DNA of 64,000 nt from the human T2T-CHM13v2.0 reference genome, Homo sapiens: the NCBI RefSeq assembly GCF_009914755.1, contig NC_060932.1. One strand, 5' to 3'. The notes below the pieces were generated by a model that ran no database searches, was not told where the DNA came from, and was given only the letters and a program-made list of their open reading frames with translations. A program made the position numbers and the translations under genes. This document shows, in pieces, positions 16,328 to 32,874 of this stretch (the first letter of the stretch is position 1; every line of letters starts with the position of its first letter).

Positions 16328-17980
16328 TGTATTTGAGTACCTGCTTTCAATTCTTATGAGAATATACTTGGAGTGGAATTGCTGGGTTATATGGTATTTT
16401 TATGTCTAACTTTTTGAGGAATAGCCACACTTTCCAAGTGGCTAAACCATTTTTCACTCCTAACAGCAATATATGAGGATTCCAATCTTGACAGTATTTA
16501 TTTCTTCTTTTCTTTCTTTAATATAGCCATTCAAGTAGATGTGAAGTGATATCTAACTGTAGTTTTACTTTGCATTTCCCCAATGACTGTGATATTGAGT
16601 GTCTTCTCATGTGCTTATTTGGTAGTTTGTACATCTTTGGAAAATTACCTGTTAAAGTCTTTTGGACACTTTTTAATTGGGTTCCCTTTTTGTTGTTCAG
16701 TGATAAGACTTATTTATATATTCTGGATTCTAGATCCCTTATGTATATATAAATAATATACATTTTATATCTAAATATGATATTTTCTCCCATTCAATAG
16801 GTATTATTTCACTTTGCTGATAATGTCCTTCAATATGCAAAAGTTTTCAGTTTTGATGATGTCTTATTTATGTGTCATTTTCTTTTTTTTCCCCCATGCT
16901 CTTCGTGTCACATCTGAGCACTCATACTAAATATAAGGTCATGGAGTTCTGTCCATTAGTTTTCTAAGAGTGTTATAATTTTAGCTCTTATATTAAATCA
17001 CTGATCCATTTTGAGTTAATTTTGGCATATGGTGTGAGGTATAATCCCAGCTTCATTATTTTGCACATAGATATCTGGTTATCCCAGCACCATTTTTCAA
17101 ACAGACTATTCTTTACTCAATGTATGGTCTTAGCATTCTTGTTGAAAATAAATCGGTCATATGTGTATAGAGTTTCTTCCTGGACTCTCAGTTTGGCTCT
17201 GTTGTCTATATGTCATTCTTTATGCCAGTACCACACTGTTTTGACTACTATTGTTTTGTAGTAAATTTTGAATCACCAACATGTGAGTTTTCCAGCTTTG
17301 TTCTTCTCTTTCTACATTGTTTTTGTTATTCTTGGCCTCTCTGAATTCCATACGAAGTTGTGGCATGACTTTTACATTTCTGCAAAATAAAAATCTGTGA
17401 AATTTTCATAGGGATTGTGTTGATTCTATAAATAGCTTTGGGTAGTATCATCATCTTAACAATATTAAAGTGATGATAAGTAAATATGCATGAACTAAAT
17501 AAATATCCATGAGCACACGGTATTTATTTAGTTTTTCTTAAAATCATTGAGCAATGTTTTATAGTTTTCACTGTACATAAAAATCACATACTCCTTGGTA
17601 AATTTTATTCTTATATATGTTATTTTTATAAATGCTATTGTAAATTGAATTGTGTTTCTAATTTTCTTTTCAGGTTATGTGTTGCTGGTGTAAGTACTAC
17701 AACTGAATTTCGTGCTCTGATTTTTTTGTGTGTTGATTTTGTATGCTAAAACTTGGCTTAATTCATTTCTTAGCTTATCTGTGTGTGTGTGAGTGTGTGT
17801 GTGTATGTGTTTATTCCCTGGGATTTTCTGTATATTGGATCAGATAATCTGTGAATAGAGATAACTTTACTTTCTTTCTTCCAATCCTGATGCCATTTTT
17901 TTTCACTTTGCTATGGCTGAAACTTCCAGTACAATGTTAAATAGCAGTAGTAAAAGTGAGCATTTGTTCCTTGATCAAAG
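16328..17980 (-). mobile_element. L1 (L1M) ORF2 3' region, antisense
   Basis: agtggaattgctgggttatatgg, tttgcatttcccc, tcccagcaccattt, tatgccagtaccacactg. Confidence 0.88.
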
Positions 17981-17981
17981 T

Positions 17982-18701
17982 TGTGAACATCAAGTATCTG
18001 AGACAGGTCTCAATCAATTTAGTAAGTTTATATTGTCAAGGTTGTGGACGTACCTGCGAGACAGTCTCAGGAAGTCTTGACAACATGTGACCAAGGTGGT
18101 TGTGGTGCAGCTTGCTTTTATACATTTTAGGGAGACATGAGACATCAATCAATATGTGTAAGATGTACATTGGTTCTGTCTAACAAGGCAGGACAACTTG
18201 AGGCTGGGCTTCCAGGTCATAGGTAGATAAGAGAAAAAAGGTTACATTCTTTTGAGTCTTTCGTCAACCTTTCACTGAATACACAATTTACATGTGAGAG
18301 GGGGACAGAGAAAGAGTCACTTATGCTTTAGTCTGGTTCAGTGAATCTACATTTTTACATAAACAATAGGGCAGAGAAGGCAATCGGATATGCACTTGTC
18401 TCAGGTGAGCAGAGAGATGACTGAGTTTTGTCTGTCCTTTGCTCTGCACCTGTGAAGATAAGCTATCGATTTACATTACCAAGGTGAAGTTCAACAGAAC
18501 TGTCTTAGAGTAAAGATCTTGAGGCCCACAAGGAAAGTCCTTGTGGGCAAATTGTGAAGGAAGAACGTAACTGTTTTTAATCTTTGTAGCTATCTTATTT
18601 AGAAATACAATGAGAGGTAGGTTTGCCTGAGGCAGGTCCCAGCCTGACTTTTCCCTTTGGCTTAGTGATTTGGGGGTCCTTTATTTCATTTTCTTTTAAC
18701 A
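17982..18701 (-). mobile_element. MER4A-like ERV1 solo LTR
   Basis: tctgagacaggtctcaatcaatttag...tacattttagggagacatgagacatcaatc...ttccctttggcttagtgatttgggggtcc. Confidence 0.85.
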
Positions 18702-19240
18702 GTCCTAACATGTTCTGTGTGCACTTGAGAAGAGTGTATGTTCCGCTGTTGATGGGGAGAGCATTCTACATATGTCTGTTAGGTCTAGTTGACCTAACAT
18801 GTTGTTTAAGTCCTCTATTTCTTTATGATCTTTTTTCTGGTTATTCTGTTCATTATTGAAAGTCGACTAGTAAGTCCCTATTTTTGTAAAACTGTCTATC
18901 TCCTCTTTCAATTATGTCAGTGTTTGCTGCTTATTTTAGGGCCTGTCACTCAAGAGAGGTTACAGCCCACATCATGCACACAGTCTTCCAGGCTGCCAAG
19001 AATACATGTGATTTCGTTTTTAGGCCTGGCTTCTGAGATATTGTTCCAAGGTCGAAGCAGCTTATTATTTTAACAGTGTTTGGTCAGAAGTTGTGTTTAA
19101 ATCTCTAGTGCCAGTGAGGCTTCTGCCCTCTGTTGTTGGATCTGTGTGCAGCATGAGGAATATTTCCAAAAATTTTTTATATCCTTTTGTCATTATCCTG
19201 AGCGTGTGGAGCTTAGCACTTGCATACACCTTCCCAACCT
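18702..19240 (-). mobile_element. L1 fragments, antisense
   Basis: gcacttgagaagagtgtatg, atatgtctgttaggtctagttg. Confidence 0.65.
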
Positions 19241-19249
19241 CAAAGGAAC

Positions 19250-21020
19250 AATAATGAAGGCTAAATTAAGAGATTTCTAGATAAACAAAAAACTGGGAAA
19301 GTATGTTATTACCACTGCCCTGCCAAAGATACTCAAGGAAATCTTTCCAAATAAAGGAAAGGACACTAGACAGTAATTCAAAGCTGTATGTAGAAATAAA
19401 GAACACTGGTAAAAGTAACTACATAAATAAATATAGAGGATGACATTATTTTTAATTTTTGGTTTATAACTTCTCTTTTTCTTTACTACTTGATTTAAAA
19501 GACAAATGCATAAAATAATTATAAATCTATATTGTTAAGCACATAATGCTTAAAATGTAATTTGCAACAATAACCAAAACACAAGGATGGGAGATAAGTA
19601 GAGCTATATAGGAACAAAGTTTTTAAATACTGTAGGGGCTAAGTTGGTACTAATTCAAAATAAATTATTGTGTATTTTAGATTGTTAATTATAATCCTCA
19701 GGGTAATTACTAAGAAAGTAACAAACTGTGCCATATAACAGAAACATACAAAAAAGAAAAAAGAAGGCAAAGTAATAACCTAGAAAGTCAAACACAAAAG
19801 AACACAGCAATAAAAGAAATACTAAAAAAATACTAAATAGTAAATAATAATAAATACTTAAAAAATTATTGTGGATACATATAGAAAGGCAGGAGTCCTT
19901 TTTTAACAGTAACTATTTTAAATGAAAATGGATTCAACTCTTCAATTTAAAGGAAGAGATTAGCAGAAGGATAAAATAACAAACAACCAAAATGACCAAA
20001 TTATTTATTGTCTAAAAGAAACCCATTTTAGATCTAAAGTCACAAACAGGTAAAAAGTGAAAAGATGTAAAGATATTCTGTGAAAAGAGGAATCAAAAGA
20101 GAGCTCTGGTGGCTATCAGACAAAATAGACTATAAGTAAAAATCGTTACCAGTGACAAAGAAGTGCATTATACATGGATGAAATAGTTTTTTCATCTAGA
20201 AGGTATAATAATTATAAACAAATACTACCTAACAACAGAACCTAAAAATATATAAAATGAAATCTAAAGGGGAAAATATACAGTTCTACAATAATAGTGG
20301 ACAATTTCAATACCTGACCTTCAATAATGAATAGAACAATGAGACAAATTATCAATAAGAAAATAGAGGACTTGACAACACTGTACACTAACTAAATCTA
20401 ATAACATACACAGAACACTGCACTCAACAATAGCAGAATGTCAATTCTTCTAAAGTACACTTGGGACAGTCTCCAGCATAGACCATATGTTTGGTTGCAA
20501 AACAATTCTCAATAAATTTTAAAATATGGAAATTATACAAAATATTTTCTTTGACCACAACAGAATAAAACTAAAAATCAAGAAGAGAAGGAAAACAACT
20601 CACAATATGTGGAAAGTAAACATCACTCTTACCTAATGTGCCAAAGACGAAATCCCAAGGGAAACTGGAAACTACTTAGAGATAAATATAAATGAAAATA
20701 CAATTACCAAAACTTAGAGGATGCAGTTGAAAGCAGTGCTCAGAGACAAATTCATAGCTGTAAATGCCTAGATTAAAAAGGGTAAAGATCTCCGACAAAT
20801 CACCTAAATTTACACCTGAAGGAGCTAAAAAAAGAACAAAATAAATTGAAAGCTAACAAGAGAAAGGCACTAGAGGTTAGTATAAAGGTTAGAGCAGAAA
20901 TTGTAGAGCAGAGATAAATGAGATAGAGAACAGAAAAACAATAGAGAGTATCAAAGTTTGGTTATTTGAAAATATATTTGAAAAATATAGATTGGCCAAG
21001 GGAAAAGAAAAAGAAGTCTT
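19250..21020 (+). mobile_element. Old L1 (end of ORF1, ORF2 endonuclease region)
   Basis: aaatgaaaatggattcaactc, cagacaaaatagac, acctaacaacagaac, ggatgcagttgaaagcagtgctcagag. Confidence 0.85.
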
Positions 21021-22275
21021 GAATTACTTATACCAGTGATAAGCACAAGACAAAACTTTTTTGCACTTAAGGCCTGATTGGTTGTATTTAAATGTCACCT
21101 CTACATTAGAGGACCAGAAGAACACCTTATTTAGCAATTTAAAACATAGAATAAAAACGCACACAACGGTCTGGAAACAGTGAAGAATGCCCACTTTAAT
21201 AATAATAATACTAATTTTTTTATTAATTTTACATTTGCAAAATAAATTTACATCACTTTTCTTCCTCTTTGGTTCATTTTATACAACTCAGATGGCTCTG
21301 CTTTTGCTCATCAGTTGTCACACTAAAGTAAATAAATATGTTAAATTATGTAGGTTTGCTGTAATAAACCCAAACCAGTAGAGCTAGATCTAGTTACTCC
21401 AGCAATCTTATTTGCAACTCATTCCGATTGTTGAAACAATTATTTATTTTTATAATTTTTAAAAACTTTAGCCAGATGAGATATTGTGTGTGTGTGTGCA
21501 TGCATGTGTATGTACACATAGAAGTTTGCTAGAGAGCAGCGTGAGAGACTGAGTACCACCGCCCAGAGAGAGGTAAGACAAACAAGCTTACATAATGGTC
21601 CAACTAACCCTTAAAAGACTTGAGCGGTCAAAGACTCAGTTACCCCCAAAATAAACCAGAGGCTGAGCAATGGGGGAACTAGGGGATCTATCACCTCAAT
21701 GAAGTGTCAGTGACTGACACGTTTAGAAAGCAAAGACTAAAGCAGGATGTCTGGACACAGCTTACCTGTTACACTGGAGGACACAGAGCAACAGTAGCCA
21801 CTTTTCAGGCAAAGATCAGGGAATGTGATCCGTCTTGGGTCTGCAGCTGAGGGTCCCTGGCACTTCCCCAGAGGGCACTGGCAGCATGTCACTGGCCCTC
21901 CACTTCACCCACTGACAATGTCTTAATGGTCCCAGAGTGTGAACCTGGGCATCCCTCTTATTGGTCCCAAGGGTTCTCCCAAAACAGATACTATTCCTTC
22001 CAGAGGCTTGGCCAAATCCACTGCTACACTTCCACGTGCAACTCAGCCCCAGAAAGGGAGTCTCTTTTTGTCCTGTGGGGTCTCTGAGTTTGAGGTAATG
22101 CCAACATACTGGAGGTTGTAGAAAATAACCTATGTAGTCAGGCAGTCACTTTAAAACTTAAGCAATCTACATGCAATATTAGCTAGTTTTTACATCTCAG
22201 TAACACTTTTTACCAAAATAGTTTCTCCACACAACTTATAACGTATAGGACAAATTCAAAAATATTGCTGGAAAT

Positions 22276-22590
22276 GGCTGGGTGCGGTGGCTCATGCCTG
22301 TAATCCTAACACTTTGGGAAGCTGAAGCGGGTGGATCACTTGAGGTCAGGAGTTCCAAACCAGCCTGGCCACCATGGTGAAACCCCGTCTCTACTAAAAA
22401 TACAAAAAAATTAGCTGGTTGTGGTGGCAGATGACTGTAATCTCAGCTACTTGGGAGGCTGAGGCAGGAGAATTGCTTGAACTGGGAACATGGAAGTTGC
22501 AGTAAGCTGAGATCACCTGCTACACTCCAGCCTGGGAGACAGAGGGAAACTCTGTCTCAAAAAATAAAAATAAAAACAAATAAATAAATA
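22276..22590 (+). mobile_element. AluS
   Basis: Full Alu flanked by attgctggaa on both sides. Confidence 0.95.
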
Positions 22591-23438
22591 AATTGCTGGA
22601 ATATAATATAAATATGTTTTAAAATTCAGTGTTGAAATTCCTATGGGAAAGAAAAGGAGACACACTACTTTTCCACTTTCTATTTCGTGTCTATGGCTTC
22701 AAGTGCAAAAAAGTTCTGTCTTGGTGCTTATCACTGGTATAATGATTATTTTTGTTTTCCTGACTTTGGTCTTAGGAACATGAACCTCTTTGTGGCTTTA
22801 TGGTAATGGAGTATTTCTAGTTGTTTAATCTCAAGAAATTTTTTTTACAATGTGTAAGTGATTATTGTTTTCAGGTTAAATGATTGGTATTAGTGTATAT
22901 AAACTAAAATTATCTCAAAATGTATTATTTTTCTTAACTTGTTATTTTTAAATACTGAAAAATAAATGAAAATTGATAAGCCTTTAGTCATATTGAGCCA
23001 GTTAAGAGTTTTTCTTTCAGATTTTATAATCAAGAGTTGCTTATAAATATTTATGGCATCAAACTCTTCCAAGATTAGTCATCTTAAAAAAATGGGACAT
23101 GAGTCACAAACTGGTTTGGTTTTTCGAGAATTCTTGATGTGAATTCCACCTTCACTTGACCATGTGTATCCACATGAACGTACTCTCTCTCTTGTTCCTT
23201 GTTACCAAACTAATCTGAGAGAACGTGGACTCATCACATCATCATTATCATGCTCAAATACTTAAAATGATTCCTTTGCCCAACAGACTCTTTGTTTTGG
23301 TACAGTGGAGTCATAACTGGTGAGATGGGTAGGTTTTAAAGACTGTGCCTAGGGACAAAATTGGGCATGCTCAAAATGATCCTTGAACATCTCCTAAATT
23401 ACCAATAAAGTTCCCTTTACTGCGGTAAAAAAATAAAG

Positions 23439-23817
23439 ATCAAGCTGGTGGTCTTCCTGCCTGCCCTGTGTCGTAAAATGGTGTCCCTTACTGCATTATC
23501 AAAGGGAAGGCAAGACTGGGTTGTCTAGTCCACAGGAAGACCTGCACCACTGTCGCCTTCACATGGTTTAACTCAGAAGACAAAGGAGTTTTGGCTAAGC
23601 TGGTGGAAGCTATCAGGACCAATTACAACAACAGATATGATGAGCTCTCCCATCAGTGGGGAGGCAATGTCCTGGGTCCCAAGTCTGTGGCTCGCATTGC
23701 CAAACTCAAAAGGGCAAAAGCTAAAAAAATTGCCACTAAACTGGGTTAAATGTACACTGCTGAGTTTTCTGTACATAAAAATAATTAAAATAATACAAAT
23801 TTTCCTTCAAAAAAAAA
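23439..23817 (+). pseudogene. RPL7A (pseudogene): 5'-truncated RPL7A processed pseudogene
   Basis: Decayed translation [56 protein letters not shown]...[17 protein letters not shown]...ATKLG*. Intronless, followed by the 3' UTR and a poly(A) at 23809-23817. Frameshifted. Confidence 0.95.
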
Positions 23818-23931
23818 GGAATCTAGAAAGAGAACCACAAAATAACCTCAAAAAGTACAGGAAAGTAAATAACAAACTGAAAACAGAAATGAATGAATAA
23901 AAAAATAAAATATACAAGAAAACATTTTTAA

Positions 23932-24103
23932 AAGCTGGGATTATAGGCATGCACCCCCACGCCCAGCTAAATTTTGTATTTTTAGTAGAGATGAGATTTC
24001 ACCATGTTCGCCATGCTCGTCTTGAACTCCTGGCCTCAAGTGATCTGCCCGCCTTTGCCTCCCAAAGTGCTGGGATTACAGGCGTGAGCTACCGCTCCTG
24101 GCC
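23932..24103 (-). mobile_element. Partial Alu
   Basis: Left arm plus part of the right arm, reverse orientation. Confidence 0.9.
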
Positions 24104-24404
24104 ACAATTAAGTACTTCTAATTCTGCTGAAGCAGCAGACAAATCAGGTTTTACTGTTGTGGCTGAGGTAATAGTCCTTGTTATAGGGCAAAATAAGGCT
24201 GTCCTGACGTGCTGAAACAAGAGATAATAATGCCGAAAACTAAGCAGTTATACCAACTACACTACACTAACTACACCTGAATTAAGACTATTTGAGAAAA
24301 CATGTCCTGGGTTATTCCACCAGAAAACAAAAACGATCCTTCACTAGCTAAGGTTCTGGATGACATGAAAGAAACAAAACAAAATGTATAGTAGAAAGAG
24401 TATC

Positions 24405-24751
24405 TCTGTCAGCTCAGACTGCTCTTTAAAAAAATACCATAGACTGGGTGACTTAAAAAACAGAATTATTTTTTCTTATGAAGTCCAAGATCAAAGAGGT
24501 GATTTGGTTCTTGGTGAAAGCTCTCTTCCTGGCTTGCAAGTGACCTCTTTCTTGGTGCATCTTGGCATGGTAGAAGGAGGAAGCCCTGGTGTCTCTTACT
24601 TTCCTTAAAAGGGCACTGATCCCATCACCACAGTTCAACCTGCATGACCTAGTTACTGCCGGAAGGCCCTGCTTCCAGATACTTTTTCACTTTGGGAGTC
24701 AGGGTTTTAACACATGAGCTTTAGAAAGACACAAACATTCAGCCCATAACA
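24405..24751 (-). mobile_element. MaLR solo LTR (MLT1A-type)
   Basis: aaataccatagactgggtgacttaaa...gaagtccaagatcaa...acaaacattcagcccataaca. Confidence 0.82.
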
Positions 24752-24861
24752 AAAGAGGAAGCTAAAAACATCAACAGTTGCCTTGTTACCCATTTCAGAA
24801 AAGACTTTTAATAGCTATGAGTAAGTCTCTTATTTCCTTTCTCATTCTACATGAAGATTGA

Positions 24862-25198
<337 letters not shown>

Positions 25199-25376
25199 GG
25201 TTCATTCTTTAATTAGAGAACATGCAGGCCAGTTAATTCCCAGAGATGAGGGCAGTGACTGAGGAAGCTTTGTGTCTCCCTTTCTGAGAAGATGAATGTG
25301 TCTTCATTTGCATGAGTAATGATGCCTTTTAGGAAGCCAGTTACGTGTAAACAGTATGCTGCATGAAAGTTTAAAC

Positions 25377-26027
<651 letters not shown>

Positions 26028-26747
26028 TCATATCTCAGCTTCAGTTTCCTGTCTAAACCCTGCTCATTCTGACAGCTATATTCCCTAAAATCCTTTGCCA
26101 GTTCACTTTTTTTTTTTGTGGGGGGTTATTCTGCCAATGGGAAACAATGGCAGGAAATATAATGGCAAGAGGAAAAAAATTTTTTTCTGATATTTGACAG
26201 TGGCAGATACAGTGGTAAAAGGAGAGGCAGTCAAATGGTAGGAATGGTGAGAGTGAGCAGAGAGTGTAGACTCAGGATACACAGTGTGGTTCTGACTGCA
26301 ATGGCATCTTTTATGAAGCAGTTGCAAGCTCTGAATAATATTCTTACTTTTGTTCTATTTCTGGGGATGATATTAGCTTCCTGCAGTTGTCACTGATTAT
26401 GTAATTTCTTTTCCTCCAGAACCTTCAAAATTCTATATAACCAATAATTTATAAAATTCTGGAAGATCTATTAAGAAAATTTAAAGTGTAACCTGAAGCT
26501 TGCACAGCTCACTGCCTCACCCACCCGCCCCCCAACTGCTCCCCCTCACAGTTTTTAGGCACAGATCACTTCAACTATGTATATACTAAAAATCAAAGGA
26601 AAAATTATTTGAACCTTAAACAAATCCTTCAAGACATTAGAAAAGCAGGAGGTACTCCATAAATACCTTTTATAAGTCAGCATAACCTTTATATTAAACC
26701 TGACAAGACACTTAGGAAAAGGAAAAAGTACAGGTTAACATTATTCA

Positions 26748-27062
<315 letters not shown>

Positions 27063-28068
27063 TCACAGAGAAACTATAATCTTAAGAAAGTCTTAGCACA
27101 CAGCATTTAGTGTTATTTAAACAATGTATCATTAATAAGTTGTACTTTCCAGTAATTCAAAATTGGCTTAACATTTAAAAATAAATAAATATGACTTCCA
27201 GCTTCTACATTGGGATGTTGAGAAATAAAAGAAGTTTTCATTCTCAGTCTTACAACACAAAAAGGGCCAGATCAATTTCAAATTTATGACTTTTTGGAAC
27301 TCTTTGGAGGGCTGGTATCATGGAGAAATTAAAACTGTTGCAAAATCTAAAGAGAGGCAATGTCTGCTTTAAGACACAAACAAGCTATCATTTTAGGCAG
27401 GCAGAACTAAACACTTTTAAACTTTTTTAAACCAAACACTTTTAAACATTTTTAAGCTAAAATAGGTGAACAATTGGTGATGACTGAGTGAGGGCTGGAA
27501 AACCGTGTGAAACACCTGGGACATGTAGAAAGTGAAGGAATCTGTATTTCCTTTTGGTCTCTGTCTTTATGAACTTTATGTGGGCTCTAACAGCAAAATG
27601 TGCAAAGAGCTCTAAGAAGTATTTATTGTGATACAGAGCACGAGGAGGAGCCCAGCAGTCATGAAGAAGGAGCAAGAGTTCCTTCTCTTTTACATCCACT
27701 ATAAAACAAATTGGCTTTCTTAGTGCATTAATGGACACTAATTGCAGCGGGGGGAAAAATGGCTGCAAAAAGAAAAAAAAATCCTACTCTCGAAAAAGGG
27801 CCAAGATTAAGCACTGAGCGCAATAACCACATTCAGAGAGATGCAAGAGAATGGAGAAGGCCACATCCCCAAGACTCAGGAAGAAAATGCATGCTCCAGA
27901 CCAATAATGAAAACAAGAGAAGGTGCGTCCCCACCCCACCACCACTCTAACCACCAAACTAAGTTAGCTTTAAATAAAAAGTGACATCCATCTCTAAAAT
28001 ATACATATTAGAAAAAAATTAAAAATAACATGTGACAATAGAATACTTCTGGGAGAGAGGCAGGAAAG

Positions 28069-28531
28069 TGTTAACCTAAAGAAATGAACTGAGGCAAAAA
28101 TTAATAGACAATTAATTTGGGCCATGGTTGAGGGCAGCTACCCAGAACACACTTCAGAGTTGCCTTGAGGAGTGCTCTGCTCAGCCTTTGTTACAGCAGG
28201 GTCTTAAGGCAAAAGGGAACAAGGACTGGACTGACACAAAGCTGCTTGATAGGAATTCCCATTGGTTTACAGAAATAATATTGATTAGTAGCTGGCTATA
28301 TATTGTTGATCTATAGGGTATCAGTTATGGTGTCCAGCATATGTAATTTTATGGCTACTTGACATCTGTATGTCTAGAGCCCACATAAGAAGTGGTTTCA
28401 AGAGGTAATTATTTAGTTCAAGGTGGTAGCGGAATGTAACTGCAGTCACACACTGTCACATTTCAGTGCCTCTCTGGGCCCGATAATTAAAGGAGCTCAT
28501 GTTCATCAGATAAATTTTTTTTCTTTCTTAA
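28069..28531 (-). mobile_element. ERV1-class solo LTR (family uncertain)
   Basis: tgttaacc...ctgaggcaaaaattaat...atttgggccatggttgagg...gttgccttgaggagtgctc resembles MER4-group LTRs. Confidence 0.6.
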
Positions 28532-28725
28532 AAGGAATAGACGATAGAAAGAGACCCTCTCTTATACACGGCACAAAAAGAATAACTAAAACTCAGAATC
28601 AGACATGGATCTGCTAAACTAATGCTCCACCAAAAGTATAAGCAACCTCTATAGGAATTTGAAGCCCATGGTGCACTGAAAGTAACCATGTGACGACAAC
28701 CAAGTGACTCCTAAAAAGATTAGCA

Positions 28726-29455
<730 letters not shown>

Positions 29456-29558
29456 TAATGCAAAGCATACAAAAAAGCACAAACATACACACTCTCTCTC
29501 TCTCTCATTCTTTCTCACTCCCTCCCAAAGGTCCAATCATCAAATCTAGAATCAAATA

Positions 29559-30555
29559 TATTGGGGGGACACGCCCCCAATATTTCAACATAGATTCTTT
29601 CTATTTTCCATAAGTGTCGGCCAGCTGAGAAATAAAGAGAGACAGTATAAAGAGAGGAATTTTACAGCTGGGCTGCCAGGGGTGACATCACATATCTGTA
29701 GGACTGTGATGCCCGCCTGAGTCTTAGACCAGCAAGTTTTTATAAAGAGTTTCAAAAGGGTGTAAGAACAGAGAGTAGGTACCAAGATCACATGCTTCAA
29801 AGAGCAAAAAGCAGAACCACTAATAAGGGTCTAACAAAGATCACATGCTTCTGAGGGAACAGGACAAAGAGCAAAAGCAGAACCACTGATAAGGGTCCAA
29901 CAAAGATCACAGGGCAAAGGGCAAAAGCAGAACCACTGATAAAGGTCTATGTTCAGCAGTGTATGTATTGTCTTGATAAACATCTCAAACAACAGAAAAC
30001 AGCGTTCAAGAGCAGAGAACTGGTCTGACCACAAATTTACCAGGGCAGAGTTTTCCCAACCCTAGTAAGCCTGAGGATTCTGCAGGAGACCAGGGCTTAT
30101 CTCAGTCATTATCTCAATTGCACAAGACAGACATTCCCAGAGCAGCCGTTTATAGACCTCCCCCTAGGAAAGAATTCCTTTCCCTGGGTATTAATATTAA
30201 TATTCTTGCTAGGAAAAGAATTTAATGATATCTTTCCTACTTGCACGTCCATTTATAGGCTCTCTGCCAGAAGAAAAATATGGCTCTTTTTGCCTGACAC
30301 CGCAGGCAGTCAGACCTTATGATTGTCTTCCCTTGTTCTGTAAAAATTATTCTGTTCTTTTTCAAGTGCACTGATTTCATATTGTTCAAACATACATGTT
30401 TTACAATCAATTTGTACAGTTAACACAATTATCACAGTGGTCCAGAGGTAACGTACATCCTCAGCTTATGAAGATAACAGGATTAAGAGATTAAAGTACA
30501 AGACAGGCATAAGAAATGATATAAGTATTATTTGGGAACAGATAAATGTTCATAT
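29559..30555 (-). mobile_element. MER11A (HML-8) solo LTR, lacking its extreme 5' end
   Basis: cccccaatatttcaac...ataagtgtcggccagctgagaaataaagag. Internal gcaaaagcagaaccactgataag repeats. Confidence 0.88.
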
Positions 30556-30783
30556 TTGATGTACATTTAATAAACTGACATATATAAGCACATACAAATC
30601 ATTTAACATAATATGCTATGCAATACATTGAAGCCTTTTCCACCTCACCTCTGAAGTGTTTCCTCTTCCTTCCTCCCCATCACTGTCATCATCTTCTGTC
30701 TCTGCTGCTGCATTATTTTTAGGGCTACCTCCTCCAAGCAGCAAGTTAATTGTTTTGTTCCAAGCATTTGTGCTAGTTGACAT

Positions 30784-30977
30784 TCCTCCTCCTCCTCCTC
30801 TTCCTCCTCTTCATCCTTCTCCTTCCTCCTCTTCTTCTTCTTCTTCTTTTTCTTCCTCCGCCTTCCTCCTCCTCCCCCTCCTTCACCTCCCCTTCCCCCT
30901 CCTTCTTCTTCTCCTTCTCCTTTTCCTTCTCCTTCTCCTTCTTCTTCCTCTTCTTCTTCTTCTTCTTTCTTCTTCTG
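30784..30977. repeat. Polypyrimidine simple repeat (CCT)n/(CTT)n/(CTCCTT)n
   Basis: ~190 bp almost purely C/T on the + strand. Confidence 0.95.
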
Positions 30978-31039
30978 GGTCCAGATGTTCCATGAGAAGT
31001 TTGAATTCTAGATACTTTTTTACTATACTCCCATGCTGG

Positions 31040-31373
31040 ATAGTTTGTAAAGAAAGGTTTGTTGTTAAGAGATTTGTTTATCTCAGGGTTCTGCAGGCCG
31101 TAAAAGAAGCATGGCTCTGGCATCTGTGTGTGGTGAGGGCCTCAAGCTGCTTCCACTCATGGCAGAAGGTGAAGGGGAAGTGATGGGGAGCCAGTGTGCT
31201 GGACTTTTTAAACAACCAATTCCCATGGGAACTAATAAAGGGAGGACTCATTCATTACCATGAGGACAGCACCAAACCATTCATGAAGGATCTGCTGTTA
31301 TGACCCAGACACCTCCCATTAGGATCAAAATTCAACATGAAATTTCGAGGAGACAGATATCTAAACTATGTCA
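31040..31373 (-). mobile_element. MaLR (MST-type) LTR fragment
   Basis: gagggcctcaagctgcttccactcatggcagaaggtgaagggga...acacctcccattagg. Confidence 0.82.
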
Positions 31374-31375
31374 TT

Positions 31376-31951
<576 letters not shown>

Positions 31952-32532
31952 TCATAAGATTAATCAATAAAATAATGGAAAGGCACAAATAAGCTATGTC
32001 ATAAATGAAAAGGTCATATTAGCTACAAAAGTTAAAAAGATGAAAACAGATCACAATAAACAATGTGACAATAAATTGCCAAATTCAGATGAAACAAAAA
32101 AGTTCCTAAAAAATATAACTCATTCCATTGATTCAAACATAGAGACAAATGAGTATTTCCATATTAATTAAACCATTTGAATCATTATGTCAAAATCTTC
32201 CCAAATGTAGCTTCAGTCCCATAGCTTTTCTGGTAACTCCTACAAAAAAAAAAAAAAGTGAAACAAATAATTTCAATCTCCTAAAAACACTTCCAGGGAA
32301 GAGAAAATGAAAGGTGGAAAAAAATCAAAGCACCATTAAGAAAGACAAATTGGAGGGAAATTTCACTGATTAATATGGATACAATCACCTTAAACAAAGT
32401 ATTAGAAAGCTCAATTAAGATTCCTAATATAAATGTATAAACAAATTTGATTCAATCCAAGAATGCAAGATCAGTTTAATATTAGAAAATGAATGAAGGT
32501 GTTCTGTCCTTTAATAGATTTAAGGTGGTTTA

Positions 32533-32874
<342 letters not shown>

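Noticed and set aside
30656-31183. 175-aa Leu/Ser/Pro-rich and 116-aa Lys/Glu/Arg-rich ORFs
   Set aside because: They are artefacts of the stop-free C/T simple repeat.
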